From the NCBI GenBank assembly GCA_000388065.2, contig KB932206.1: a stretch of 64,000 bases of DNA. The stretch is one strand, 5' to 3'. The notes under the pieces were generated by a model. That model was not told the DNA's origin, did no database searches, and saw only the letters and a list, made by a program, of their open reading frames with translations. The translations under genes were made by a program, and so were the position numbers. Of the stretch, positions 36,168-46,375 are shown piece by piece (positions within the stretch are counted from its first letter, which is position 1; each line of letters starts with the position of its first letter). The DNA comes from Fonticula alba ATCC 38817 (taxonomy: Eukaryota; Protista; Nucleariida).

Positions 36168-38286
36168 CATTTACGTTGGCGGCTTTCCTTTCCTTGTATC
36201 CAATCAACCGATCCCTCTGTGGGAGGGACGAATGCAAATGCAATTGCTTGTAGATTACCTCTTCCCCCATCCATGTTGTACATGCCAGAAAATGGGCTCA
36301 AGTTGGTGTTGGCGCGCGCATGGGGCTGGTGCCCTGCGTTGTGTGTGTATGTGTGTGTGTGTGTGTATGTGTGTGGATGCGGTCTCGGCCACCGGGATCA
36401 ATCGTGTTACCCGGAGAAGGCATCATCATAAAGCACTGGCGGACTGAGGACGAGGGGCCTCGCATGGCGTAGAACAGAAGAAAAGATAGCTGAGTGGCCG
36501 TGTGGCCGTGTGGCCACGCCGCAACGGGAAAGGAAAAGGCTCGGGTGGAGAGCAGGAGCCAAGCGGCGGGGACAGAGGGGGAACACATCCACCAAACGGG
36601 GATCTGTGTGTGTGCGTGTGTGCGTGCGTGCGTGCGTGCGTGCGTGCGTGTGTGTGTGTGTGTGTGTGTGTGGATGGGCGGGAGGGCGTGGAAGTCTCCA
36701 TCACTTGTGAGAGGCGAAAGAAAAAAAAACGCACACCCAAGGCCACACAGGCTCGACCCCTGAGGGAGTCCGATCATCGGAAAGGGGTTCGGCTCATGAA
36801 GCCCTGGGGATCAGGGGGGCCGGCGCGCGAGCCACAGCCACGGCTGGCCCGGTGCGCCGGCACCACGCTCCTGGCGATCGGGAATACCATCAACCCCGAC
36901 CGGGCCGACGGGCTGACCCGGTGTGGGAACATGCTGCGGTCCTCGGCCAGGCCTCCCGGGTTCCCGGGAGGCCAGTTGTGTAGCCAGGCGGCAGGCGGGA
37001 GGGCGGGGGGGGGGGGGGACAGCAACACGGGGGCAGTTGGCTGGCCGGGGAGTGGTCGCCATTTTTGGGGCTGGGGACCGCGGGGCCCGACACCGGGGCG
37101 CGTCTCGGTCGGGACCCGGCTGCCCGGGGGAGTTGAGCGGGGCCCTGTCGCCAACCCTCTCCTGGTGTCCGCACGCGCCACTGCCCCAATGTTGGGGCGC
37201 GCCCCGGGCGTCTTTCCCCCGGGCGGCTGTTTCAGTTCCCCGGCCTCCTCGCTGACGACGCCCGGCGCTGGAGGGCGAGGGACACATGTGCGGGTCTCCG
37301 CTCGCCAGCTTCCTGTGGCCGGCCGGCCCCCCCCCCCCCCGGCCCTGCCGGAACACGCGGCGAGAGGGATACGCCCCCGGCCGGGGGACGCGCGGAGGGG
37401 CCTGGCCTTATCCATCATCAGTGGGCACCTAGGTCGGGGCGCAGCCGGGGGACCGCGTCCCAATGATTCCTGCGGCTTCGGTCGCCGGAAGATCTTTCCC
37501 TGCCGGGCCTTTCCCCGGCCGAGGAGAGCGAGTTCGCCCCAGGGGGCCAATGGCTGGTGCCCGCTGACCCGGGTAGCGCGGGGCATGTGGCCGAGAAACG
37601 GCAGGAGCGCAGGCAAGAGGCGCCGGCATCCTGCTGCCGCGTGTCCTCCTCCTGTGTGTCGACAAGCACGGGCATGAGGCCGGTGCCTCGGTCCTGGGCC
37701 GATCTGTTCCGTGGCCTGCCCGCCTGTTGCCCCGGCCTCCTCGGCTCCGGCCCCTTCCCCGCGCCGGGGGCCGAGGCCCAGCGGCGCCTGTGAAAGAGCA
37801 ATCCCCGCGCGGGCATGGTTTTTTTTTTTTTTCGGTCGCAGCGATGCCCCTTCTCGGCCGGGGCGGGCTTCGATTGGCAAGTCTCCCCCCCCCCCCCCGG
37901 CCGCAGAGCTGGCTATGGCTGGACAAGCTCGCCAAGGTGGTCCTCTCTCAACGTGGACGCTGGCGCCCGGCTGCGGAGCTTCCTTTTTTCCCTGACCTCT
38001 CCCCCTGCTCGGCTTCCATGGCCGCGAGGAGCCGGACCGTGGTGACCTGCCCTCGCCAGCAGCCCAGGCCATCTCCCTGGGTGAAACTCCCAAGGGGAGG
38101 CGCCTCGCCTTCGTCGTAACCAGGCGACGGTCCTCCCTCCCCTCCTTCTCCCNNNNNNNNNNNNNNNNNNNNNNNNNNNNNNNNNNNNNNNNNNNNNNNN
38201 NNNNNNNNNNNNNNNNNNNNNNNNNNNNNNNNNNNNNNNNNNNNNNNNNNNNNNNNNNNNNNNCCTCCTCTTACCCATTCGAAAGC

Positions 38287-39774
38287 ATGTCGACCAGCCT
38301 GGCTCTTGCCCCCGGGCTCGGCCCCCTGGCCTTGGTGGCCGTTGGTGCGGCCTTCATCCTGTATCGCTTGTCGCAGGCCGTTTCCCGGCCCCGGCCCCAG
38401 GGCGGCTACCATGCCGGCCTCCCGCATGCCGGCCCGACGCCCGGCGGGGCTGCAACCACCACGCCGCTCGCCTGCTCGGATTATGAGCGCATGCTGCTCA
38501 CCGTCCCGCCAGCGCAGGCCCCCTTCGTGCCGACGGGACAGGTCCGCTGCCTTCCCGGGGACTGCCCCCTGGGCCAGCGTGCCCGCATGGACCCCCAGGC
38601 CCTGTCTCGCGACTCCACCACCGACACCGTGCGGCTCCCTCTGGATGAGGTGACCCGACGCCTGCCGGCCCTGCTATACTCCTTCCTGCCGCTGAATCTC
38701 CTTTCGCGTGGCTGGGGCTGGCTCACTTCCCTCCCTGTGCCGGTTTCCCTCCGCGGGCCACTCTACCATGGCTGGCTGCACTACTTCGCCGGGCACCCGG
38801 AGGAGATGCAGCTCCCGGCCGAGGCGTACCGCTCGCTTGGGGACTTCTTCGTGCGGCACCTGCGTCCGGGGGTGCGTGCCATCGGGCCCGATGTGACCGG
38901 CCCCCTGGACGCGGCCCCTCAGCTTGGGGCGCTCTCCTGCCCGGCGGATGGCCGTGTCATGAGCGCCCAGCCGGTCACCGGCAACCTCCTCGAGCAGATC
39001 AAGGGATCGCACTATGTCCTCAGTGCCTTCCTCGGGGAGGACATCATCCAGGAGCACCTCGACACTCAGGCCGCCGCTGCCGCCGGGGCTACCGCCACTC
39101 CCGCACGGCGTCTGTACCAGATCGTCATTTATCTCGGCCCCGGGGATTACCACCGGTTCCACTCGCCGGCCGCCTGGTCCGTGCGCCAGCGGCGTCACTT
39201 CCCCGGCGAGCTGTGGTCCGTCAGCCCGGCGGTTGTGCGCAAAGTTCGCGGCCTCTTCAACCACAATGAGCGCGTGGTCTACTCCGGGGACTGGGCCCAT
39301 GGCCGGATGACCTTCTCGGCCATCGGCGCCACCAATGTCGGGTCCATTCGCATCAACATCGACCCGGCCCTGCGGACCAATCGCGCCAATTATGCCCCCA
39401 CCGCCCAATGGTTCCGCGCCTCGCCGCCCGACTGCCTGGACTTCACTGCCACCGGTGCCCGGGCTGGCGGCACCACCCACAGTCTTGTCACCGCCGATGC
39501 CTCCTCGCCCTCCTCATACCTGTCCTTCCCGACGCCGGTCATGTCGGCCGATCGGGACCTCAACACCGGTCCACTTGCCGCCGGTGGCATTCCCCCCACC
39601 CCGGAGCAGACCCCTGGCGCGTCCCCCTCCCTGAATGATGACCCGAGCCTGGTCGCAAGCAAGACTGCCATTGGTGGTGCCCAATTGCCCGCCGGTGTGG
39701 CGGTTGCTCGCAGCGAGGAATTCGGCTGCTTCCTGCTTGGCAGCTGCGTGGTCCTGGTCTTCGAGGCGGCCCCC
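38287..39774 (+). CDS. PISD: Phosphatidylserine decarboxylase proenzyme (PISD/Psd1 type), main exon; 5' end next to a gap and last exon displaced to 40894
   Basis: N-terminal TM segment; LSRGWG; FFVRHLRPGVR; SCPADG; EQIKGSHY; IYLGPGDYHRFHSP; HFPGELWSV; NERVV; IGATNVGSI; FLLGSCVVLVFEA (LGS self-cleavage site). Confidence 0.93.
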
Positions 39775-39843
39775 NNNNNNNNNNNNNNNNNNNNNNNNNN
39801 NNNNNNNNNNNNCCCCCCCCCTGCGTGGGGTATCTTCCCACAG

Positions 39844-40629
39844 ACATGATCAGCATGATCGAGCTCGACTTCACGCCCGGCGCCTGCTGCTTCGCCTTCC
39901 AGCCGGGTGACGCAGTCACCACACTCCTGGTGTACGTTCATCCCGGCCCCTTGCGATGGTTCCCCACCACCGTGCCACTCTCTGACAGCTTGGGCCTCCT
40001 CCTTGCCATGTCCAGCTCGAGTCTCGATTCGCGTGACATCCATGTGTTTGACGCCCGTGGCGGGTCGTCGGTTCCCCTGCGGACTTTCAAGATTCACCGG
40101 AGCCCGACACACCTCATGAAGGTGCGCCAGCCATTTGCGCCTCCCTCGGCTGCTCTTCTCCACGCCCTCCCCGTCCACCGACACCATGTGCTCATGCTTC
40201 TTCCTGTTGTCTTGTTCGACCCGGCGGCTTAGTTCGACCCTGTGCACAATCTCGTGGTGAGCGCCGACCGTCGGGGTCATTTCGAAATTTGGGACCCCAT
40301 CACCGGCGACATGCCGGAAGATGGCCCCCTTACCTTCCAATCGAAGCTGGACACCGACCTCTTCGCCCTGGTCACGGCCGGCACCACTCCGACGTCCATC
40401 AGCATTTCCCCCCATGGCAAGGTACAGCCCAGGGCCTTGCCATGCTCTTGTCACTCGTGCCGGACACACCCACACCCGCCCCCACACACTGACCCTTCCT
40501 CCGATTGGTTTGCCATAGCTTTTCGCCACTCTGAGTCTGGACCGTGTGGTTCGTGTGTTTGAGCTCCTTTCCGGCAAGATGATCCGCAGTTACGACGAAT
40601 CGCTACGTGTTATCGAGGAGATGCAGCAG
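39844..40629 (+). CDS. PPWD1: Four middle WD40 exons of PPWD1 lying upstream of the PPWD1 start codon (39844-39931, 40016-40121, 40233-40421, 40519-40629)
   Basis: DMISMIELDFTPG...DSRDIHVFDARGG...VVSADRRGHFEIW...KLDTDLF...DRVVRVFELLSGKMIRSYDESL is the segment that follows KIFDVVNF in PPWD1. Phase-1 join G|AC with the exon ending at 42572. Confidence 0.9.
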
Positions 40630-40644
40630 GTCCGTCCATTCGTC

Positions 40645-40647
<3 letters not shown>

Positions 40648-40692
<45 letters not shown>

Positions 40693-40730
40693 CCCCCCCC
40701 CCCCCCTCCCCCCCCCCCCCCCCCCCCCCC
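40648..40730. repeat. About 83-nt near-pure poly-C tract at the junction of two out-of-order blocks
   Basis: C homopolymer with two T interruptions. Confidence 0.95.
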
Positions 40731-40893
40731 GGTCTCTCCCCGCCCATGTGTCACCCCGCCTCTCCCTGCCGCCCCCTGCCGCCCCCCATGGCTCCTTCGG
40801 CTTTTCCGTGTCTCCCCTTCTCTCTGCTACATTTCCTGCCCCCGCCCCCCGGCCACCAGTCTAACCTCGTTCGGGTCCCCCGCGAATGCCCAG

Positions 40894-41023
40894 GTTCCTC
40901 GTGCAGCCCGGAGACAAGGTTCAAGTTGGCCAGCTGCTCGGATACCATGCCGATCAGACGCTCCCGGCCGCCGCGGCACCCGCCCTCAAGCGCCCGAGCG
41001 CCCCTTCTCTTTCTTTCGATTAG
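40894..41023 (+). CDS. PISD: Displaced terminal exon of phosphatidylserine decarboxylase
   Basis: CTAAC branch point at 40861, CAG acceptor at 40891-40893, then FLVQPGDKVQVGQLLG...TAG. This is the PSD alpha-chain tail that normally follows LVFEAP. Confidence 0.8.
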
Positions 41024-41628
41024 ACGTCACATGCCAAATATACGACACGCGACATGTTCCCTGATCACGCGCAGCGAGATACACATCCATGGGCACCTAT
41101 CCGTGCATCGTGCGCTTGTGTGTGTGTGCGCGCGCGCGCGCGCGTTTGTATTCCCGCGCGCTGGTGCGGCTCTGCCTGTTCGTGTGCGCGCACGGCCCCG
41201 GGCCGTCCGCCTGACTGGTCCTGGTCTTTGCTAGGGGGTCCAGGATTGCGGGGGATGTGCGTTGGGGACCGGTGGGCGAGGCGCATGCTCGTTGGATGCT
41301 CCCGGCAAGAGGGCCTTGATTGGTGTATGTGCTTGTGCTTGTGCTTGTGTGTGTGTGTGGGGGGGGGAGGGAGGGGGAGGGGGAGGCGGTGCAACGGGTG
41401 CCCCTCTTCCCCCGCCTCACCCCCTCTCGCGGAAGCCCTGCCGCCAGGTGGTTGGCGGTGCCTCTCATGGCCAGCCATGCTGCCGGGGACAGCCCTTGAG
41501 ACTGCTTGCCATGAGCATTCCTTCCTCTTCCTTCCACTCGTTCCGTTCCACCCTGCCCACCTTTTCTTCCCTGCCCCCCCCCCTGCTATCTTCCCCCCTT
41601 GTCCCGCCGTTTTTCCCTCTCGCTCAGC

Positions 41629-44242
41629 ATGACGGGCACCGACTCTGCGGATTCCCAGACCGCCCAGCCACCCACCGCCACCGGACTGGAGGACCAGGCC
41701 CCAGCCGGGAAGCGCTCCCTCCGTGATGCCGGACTGGCGAGCGAGGAGGACACCGGCCTGTCGGCAGGGCCCACCACTGCCCCTGCCGCCGGCAGCAGCG
41801 ACAGCAACAGTGACGATGACGATGACGATGATGATGACTTTGGCCCCTCGCTGAGCGTGGTGAAGCAGGCTCCCAAGCGCGTAAAGAGTATGTCCTGGCC
41901 CTTGCTGACCTAGCCCTCCCTTGCCGGCGACTGACCCTCTCTCCATCTCCCCGCTGGATTCGTCCTTCTGGCCCAAGCTCTTGCGCATGAGAATCTCTTC
42001 CTCGATGCCCTGCCCTCGGCACAGCTTTACGAGAAGAGCTACATGCACCGTGATGTGATTTCCTTCACCACTGTCACCTCGTGCGTCACTTGCCCAGACA
42101 TGCCGACGGCTATGCCCCGCTTCTATCTTGGGGATTGCTGTCGACCTTCGGCCGCCATCGCCACCACCACCATCACCGCACCTCTCGGCCCCCCGGTCTT
42201 ACCAATGCCCCCACCATCATCCTGACGGACCCCTCCCCCTCCCCCTCCCTCTCCCTCTCTCTTCCCCCCCTCCCTCTCGGCAGGAGCGACTTCGTTATCA
42301 CCACCAGCAATGACGGAATTGTCAAGTTCTGGAAGAAGAACAAAATTGGCATTGAGTTTGTCAAGACCTTCCGTGCCCACCTCAGTGCGCATGCGTTTGC
42401 CGCCTGGTCATCTCGCCTTCCCCCCTCCCCCGTTCTGACCGTTTCTTCTTCTTCTTCTTCTTCTTTGTGGTTGCAGAGCCCATCACTGCGGTGGATGCTA
42501 GCCGTGATGGATCCCTCTTTGTGTCAGCTTCATCGGACAAATTTGTCAAGATCTTTGATGTGGTCAACTTCGGTGCGTGTGGCCGGGCTGCTCCACCGCC
42601 GGCCCCCTGCCATCCTCTCCTCCTGAAACCATGCTCCTGACCTTGCCCCGTTCTCTCCTCCCCCCCCCCCCCCCCCCCCCCCCCNNNNNNNNNNNNNNNN
42701 NNNNNNNNNNNNNNNNNNNNNNNNNGGTCCGTCCATTCGTCGTGCCCCCCCCCCCCCCCTCTCGCCCGTACCGCCCCGGTGTCCTTCCCCTCCGGCCACT
42801 CTGACGCTCCATCCACCCTTCCAGGCTGGCACTGCGCACATCCAGCTGGATAGCATGGAGTTTGGCTTGCGCCTTGCAAAGGACCGCGAGCTGGACAAGC
42901 CGAACTCCGCCCTCAGTTCCGTGAACACTGGTGCGCTTTTGGAACTTCGCAGCATGCTGCCACCGGGGTGTTGCCATGCCGCCGGTGCCCCTGCTTGACT
43001 TACTCACCTCACCTCGGTGGGCTTTTCAGTTTTCGATGACAGCGGAAACTTCCTCCTCTATCCGACTCTCCTCGGCATCAAAGGTATGTGCCTTGCACGT
43101 CATGTCCCTTGGTGCACCCGCGTCACCGCCCCTCCTCGCGCTTTTTTTTTCTCGCGCCCCTCCTGACCCTGCTCTTCGCCCCCGTGAAGTGGTCAACATC
43201 GTGACCAACCGTGTTGTTCGTATCCTCGGCCATGGCGAGAATGCCGCACGCTTCCTTCACATCTCCCTCCATCAAGGCGCTCTCAAGGGCAAGTCCGCTG
43301 CCACCCTGGTTCGTTACCCCCCTCCCCCCGCTCCCCCTCCGCATTCAAGCCAAGCACACTCGTGTCACGGCTTCTGACCCTCATCCCCTGGAACCCCCTC
43401 GTCCTCTCAAATCGTGCAGGATATGCTTGCCTCGGACAATCCCGCGCTGAAAGCCGCGCGCGAGACCGATCCCACGGTCTTCGCCACCGCCTTGAAGATG
43501 AAGCGCTTTTTCATGCTCACCACTCGAGAGCCTGGTGACCTTGATGGCGATGCGTGCGTCTTGTCCCCTGTTTCTTGTCATCCTCCGTTCTGCACTGGGG
43601 AGTGTCCCCTTTTGTTCTCTCTCTCTCTCTCTCTCTCTGCCTCCTCCTCTCGCTCTCCTTCTTACCACGTCCCACTTTGCCAGTGCTGCTCGTGATGTTC
43701 TAAATGAGCGTCCAGCCGGGACTGCGGCCACCGCGGCCGCAAGCTCGGTCAATGTGGCTTCCCTGCCGACGACCGTGGTCTTGCACACCTCGCGCGGGGA
43801 CATTGTCCTGGAGCTTTTCCCCACGGTGGCTCCTCGGACGGTGGAGAACTTCACCACCCACGTTCGCCGTGGGTACTACACCAACATCCTCTTCCACCGG
43901 GTCATCCGGGGGTTCATGGTGCAGACTGGTGACCCGACTGGCACCGGTTTCGGCGGGCAGTCCATCTGGGGTGGAACCTTCGCCGATGAGTTCAGCGCCG
44001 ATCCGCGCGCTCGGCATGACCGGCCCTTCGTCCTGTCGATGGCCAATTCCGGTCCCGGCACCAATGGCTCGCAGTTCTTCATCACCACCGCCCCGGCTCC
44101 TCACCTGGACAACAAGCATACCGTCTTCGGGCGGGTGGCATCCGGGTCGGAGGTTGTCACGGACATCGAGCATGTGCGTGTTGATCGTGAGGACCGTCCC
44201 CTGGACGAGGTGCGCATCCTGAGCTCCTCGGTGCGGGACTGA
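41629..44242 (+). CDS. PPWD1: Peptidylprolyl isomerase domain and WD-repeat protein 1 (spliceosomal cyclophilin); 5' and 3' exons here, middle exons at 39844-40629
   Basis: [19 protein letters not shown]; DGIVKFWKK...[11 protein letters not shown]; KIFDVVNF; [13 protein letters not shown]; [17 protein letters not shown]; RDVLNERP; cyclophilin domain [46 protein letters not shown]. Confidence 0.95.
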
Positions 44243-44608
44243 GGCACTTGCTCTCCCTCCTCCCACGGGAAGTCTGCCCACGGACACACACGCGCGCGCG
44301 CGCGCACGCACGCACGGACACACACACACACACATGCTCCTTCGAAAGCCCTCTCGGAGATTTCCCCAATGCTCCTGTACACATGCATGTGTAAGTGCTT
44401 CGGGGCGATGGCACATAAATACACACACGTTCACACAGTCACACACGCACACACACACACACATGCATAAACATATGTACATGTTTTAGCCAAGAATATG
44501 GGGCAGCCTTGCCTGCTGGGATGGGACCACTTTCTATTTCTGGCGAGATCCTACGAGTAGGAAGGGAATGTGGCAAGGCGACAGAGAAGGAAGGGCCAGG
44601 AGACCGTT

Positions 44609-46375
44609 CTATTCCTCATCGGAGTCGGCCTCTGACCAAACCACCTCGACCTGGTCGCGAGCCGGGGGGACGATGTCGCTGACAAAGCTTGCTGCCTGCT
44701 CGATGACAGACGCCTGATGGGCAAAAAGCGTGTCCTGGCCGGGGTGCGAGTTGATCTCGGCCTGGGAATGGGAGAAGGGCGCGGACAGGAGAGGGCAGAG
44801 ATGGGGGAGCGTCAGAGTGGGCAAACAAAAGACCGATGCTCGAAAGGGAGAGAGACGCAGAGAGAGGGAGAGGGACAAGGGGGGGAGGGGGGGGGGGGAC
44901 AGGATGGGAGAAGCCCAACCCGGGCAATTCCCCCATGCGTACCAGGAACGGATCGCGCACATCGGTGCGGACACCGAGCAGCTCCTCACACACGGCCAGC
45001 GCACAGAAAGGTACATAGTAGTCACAGTAGCCCCCCTCGTGGCAGACGGCCACACGCCCCTGGCAGCTGGCGGATGCATCGGCGAAGTCCACCAGCGTCC
45101 GGGTGAAATACCGATAGTCATTGGACCCGAGCATCATGCGAGAGAGTGCTGAAGAGGACCGATGGGTGAGTGGCGCGCAAGAACCAATGCCCGGGCGGGA
45201 GAGCGACACCGATCACCGAGGTGGCGAGGGCACAACGCACGATCGTAGAAGGACGCATCGAAGCCAGCCGAAACGACGATCAGCTGCGGGTCATACGCCT
45301 TCAGGGCGGGCAGAACCACGCGGTCCCAGGTGGTCTTGTAGTCGGTCTGCCCGGCTCCCGGCCACAGGGGGACATTAATGTTGTAGGAGGCCCCCGAGGG
45401 GCCGGCGCCACGCTCATCAAGCTCCCCCGACTTCCGGGGGTAATTGCCGGCTTGGTGAATGGACACCGTGAGTACGGCATCGCTGTCGTAGAAGATGCTT
45501 TGCGTGCCATTGCCATGGTGCACATCGAAGTCCACGACGGCCACCCGGGCAAATTTGTAGTGCTGTTGCCGGGAGGGGCGGTTAGCCACACGGAGGCGCC
45601 AAGGGGGGAAGGGGGGGGGGGTGGAGGACACCAACCGATTGAGGATCGCGGGAGGTGACAGAGGAAGAGAAAGACAGGCAGAGCACGCACGGCTTGTGCG
45701 TGGCGAACAGCCATGGCCACATTTGACAGGAGACAGTAGCCGCGCGCGCGGTCGCGTTCGGCATGGTGGCCAGCTGGACGAACCAGCGCGTAGCCATTCC
45801 GAATCCGACCCGAGCACACAGCATCCACCAGCTCGATGCACGAGCCGGCCGCCGCCCGAGCAACATCGAAGGACCCACTGCAGGAAAGAAGAGCAGAGAG
45901 AGAGAGTGTGTGTGTGCGTGTGTGTGTGCGTGTGTGTGTGTGTGTGGAAAAGAGCCCGGAGAGGATGTCAGTCAAGGTGGAAGATTGATGGGATCCGCGA
46001 GCAGGGAGGAGGCGGCGTCGCGCAAAGGACGGACATTCCACAGGGTGCCTCGTCGCCAGCTTCACCCCCAATGAGATTAAGTCGCGTGAGGTGGCGAATG
46101 TGTGCCAGCGAGTGAGCCCGGCGCATCTCCCGGTGCGTAGCCACCCGCAGGGGCAGGCGCAGCCAGCCCGGCGCGTCGGGCATCTCAGGATGCGGGATGG
46201 ACAGGAGCCCCGAGGCTTGGAGCATGTTGAGCACGCGCAGCCGGGTCGCCGGGGTATCCATGTGTGGGGTGGGCTCCAAGTAGGGGCAGGGCAGATCTCC
46301 CTCGAGCAGACCGGAGTTATGATCGAGACAGCGCTCGTCAAAGATGAAGCCACTTGGCCGTGCAGTGGGAGACAT
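44609..46375 (-). CDS. Zn-dependent HDAC-family deacetylase of the bacterial HDAH/PA3774-like type, 5 exons
   Basis: GFIFDERCLDH; RPAGHH (His dyad); GYC; VDFDVHHGNGTQ (Zn Asp/His); NINVPL; VVSAGFDASFYD|PLSRMML; HEGGY (catalytic Tyr); YVPFCALAVCEELLGVR. Four GT-AG introns restore the frame, e.g. 46034-45878. Confidence 0.92.

Noticed and set aside
40894-41023. Lipoyl/biotinyl-domain fragment (VQPGDKVQVGQLL)
   Set aside because: Better explained as the missing PSD C-terminal exon, which has the same pattern and completes the neighbouring gene.
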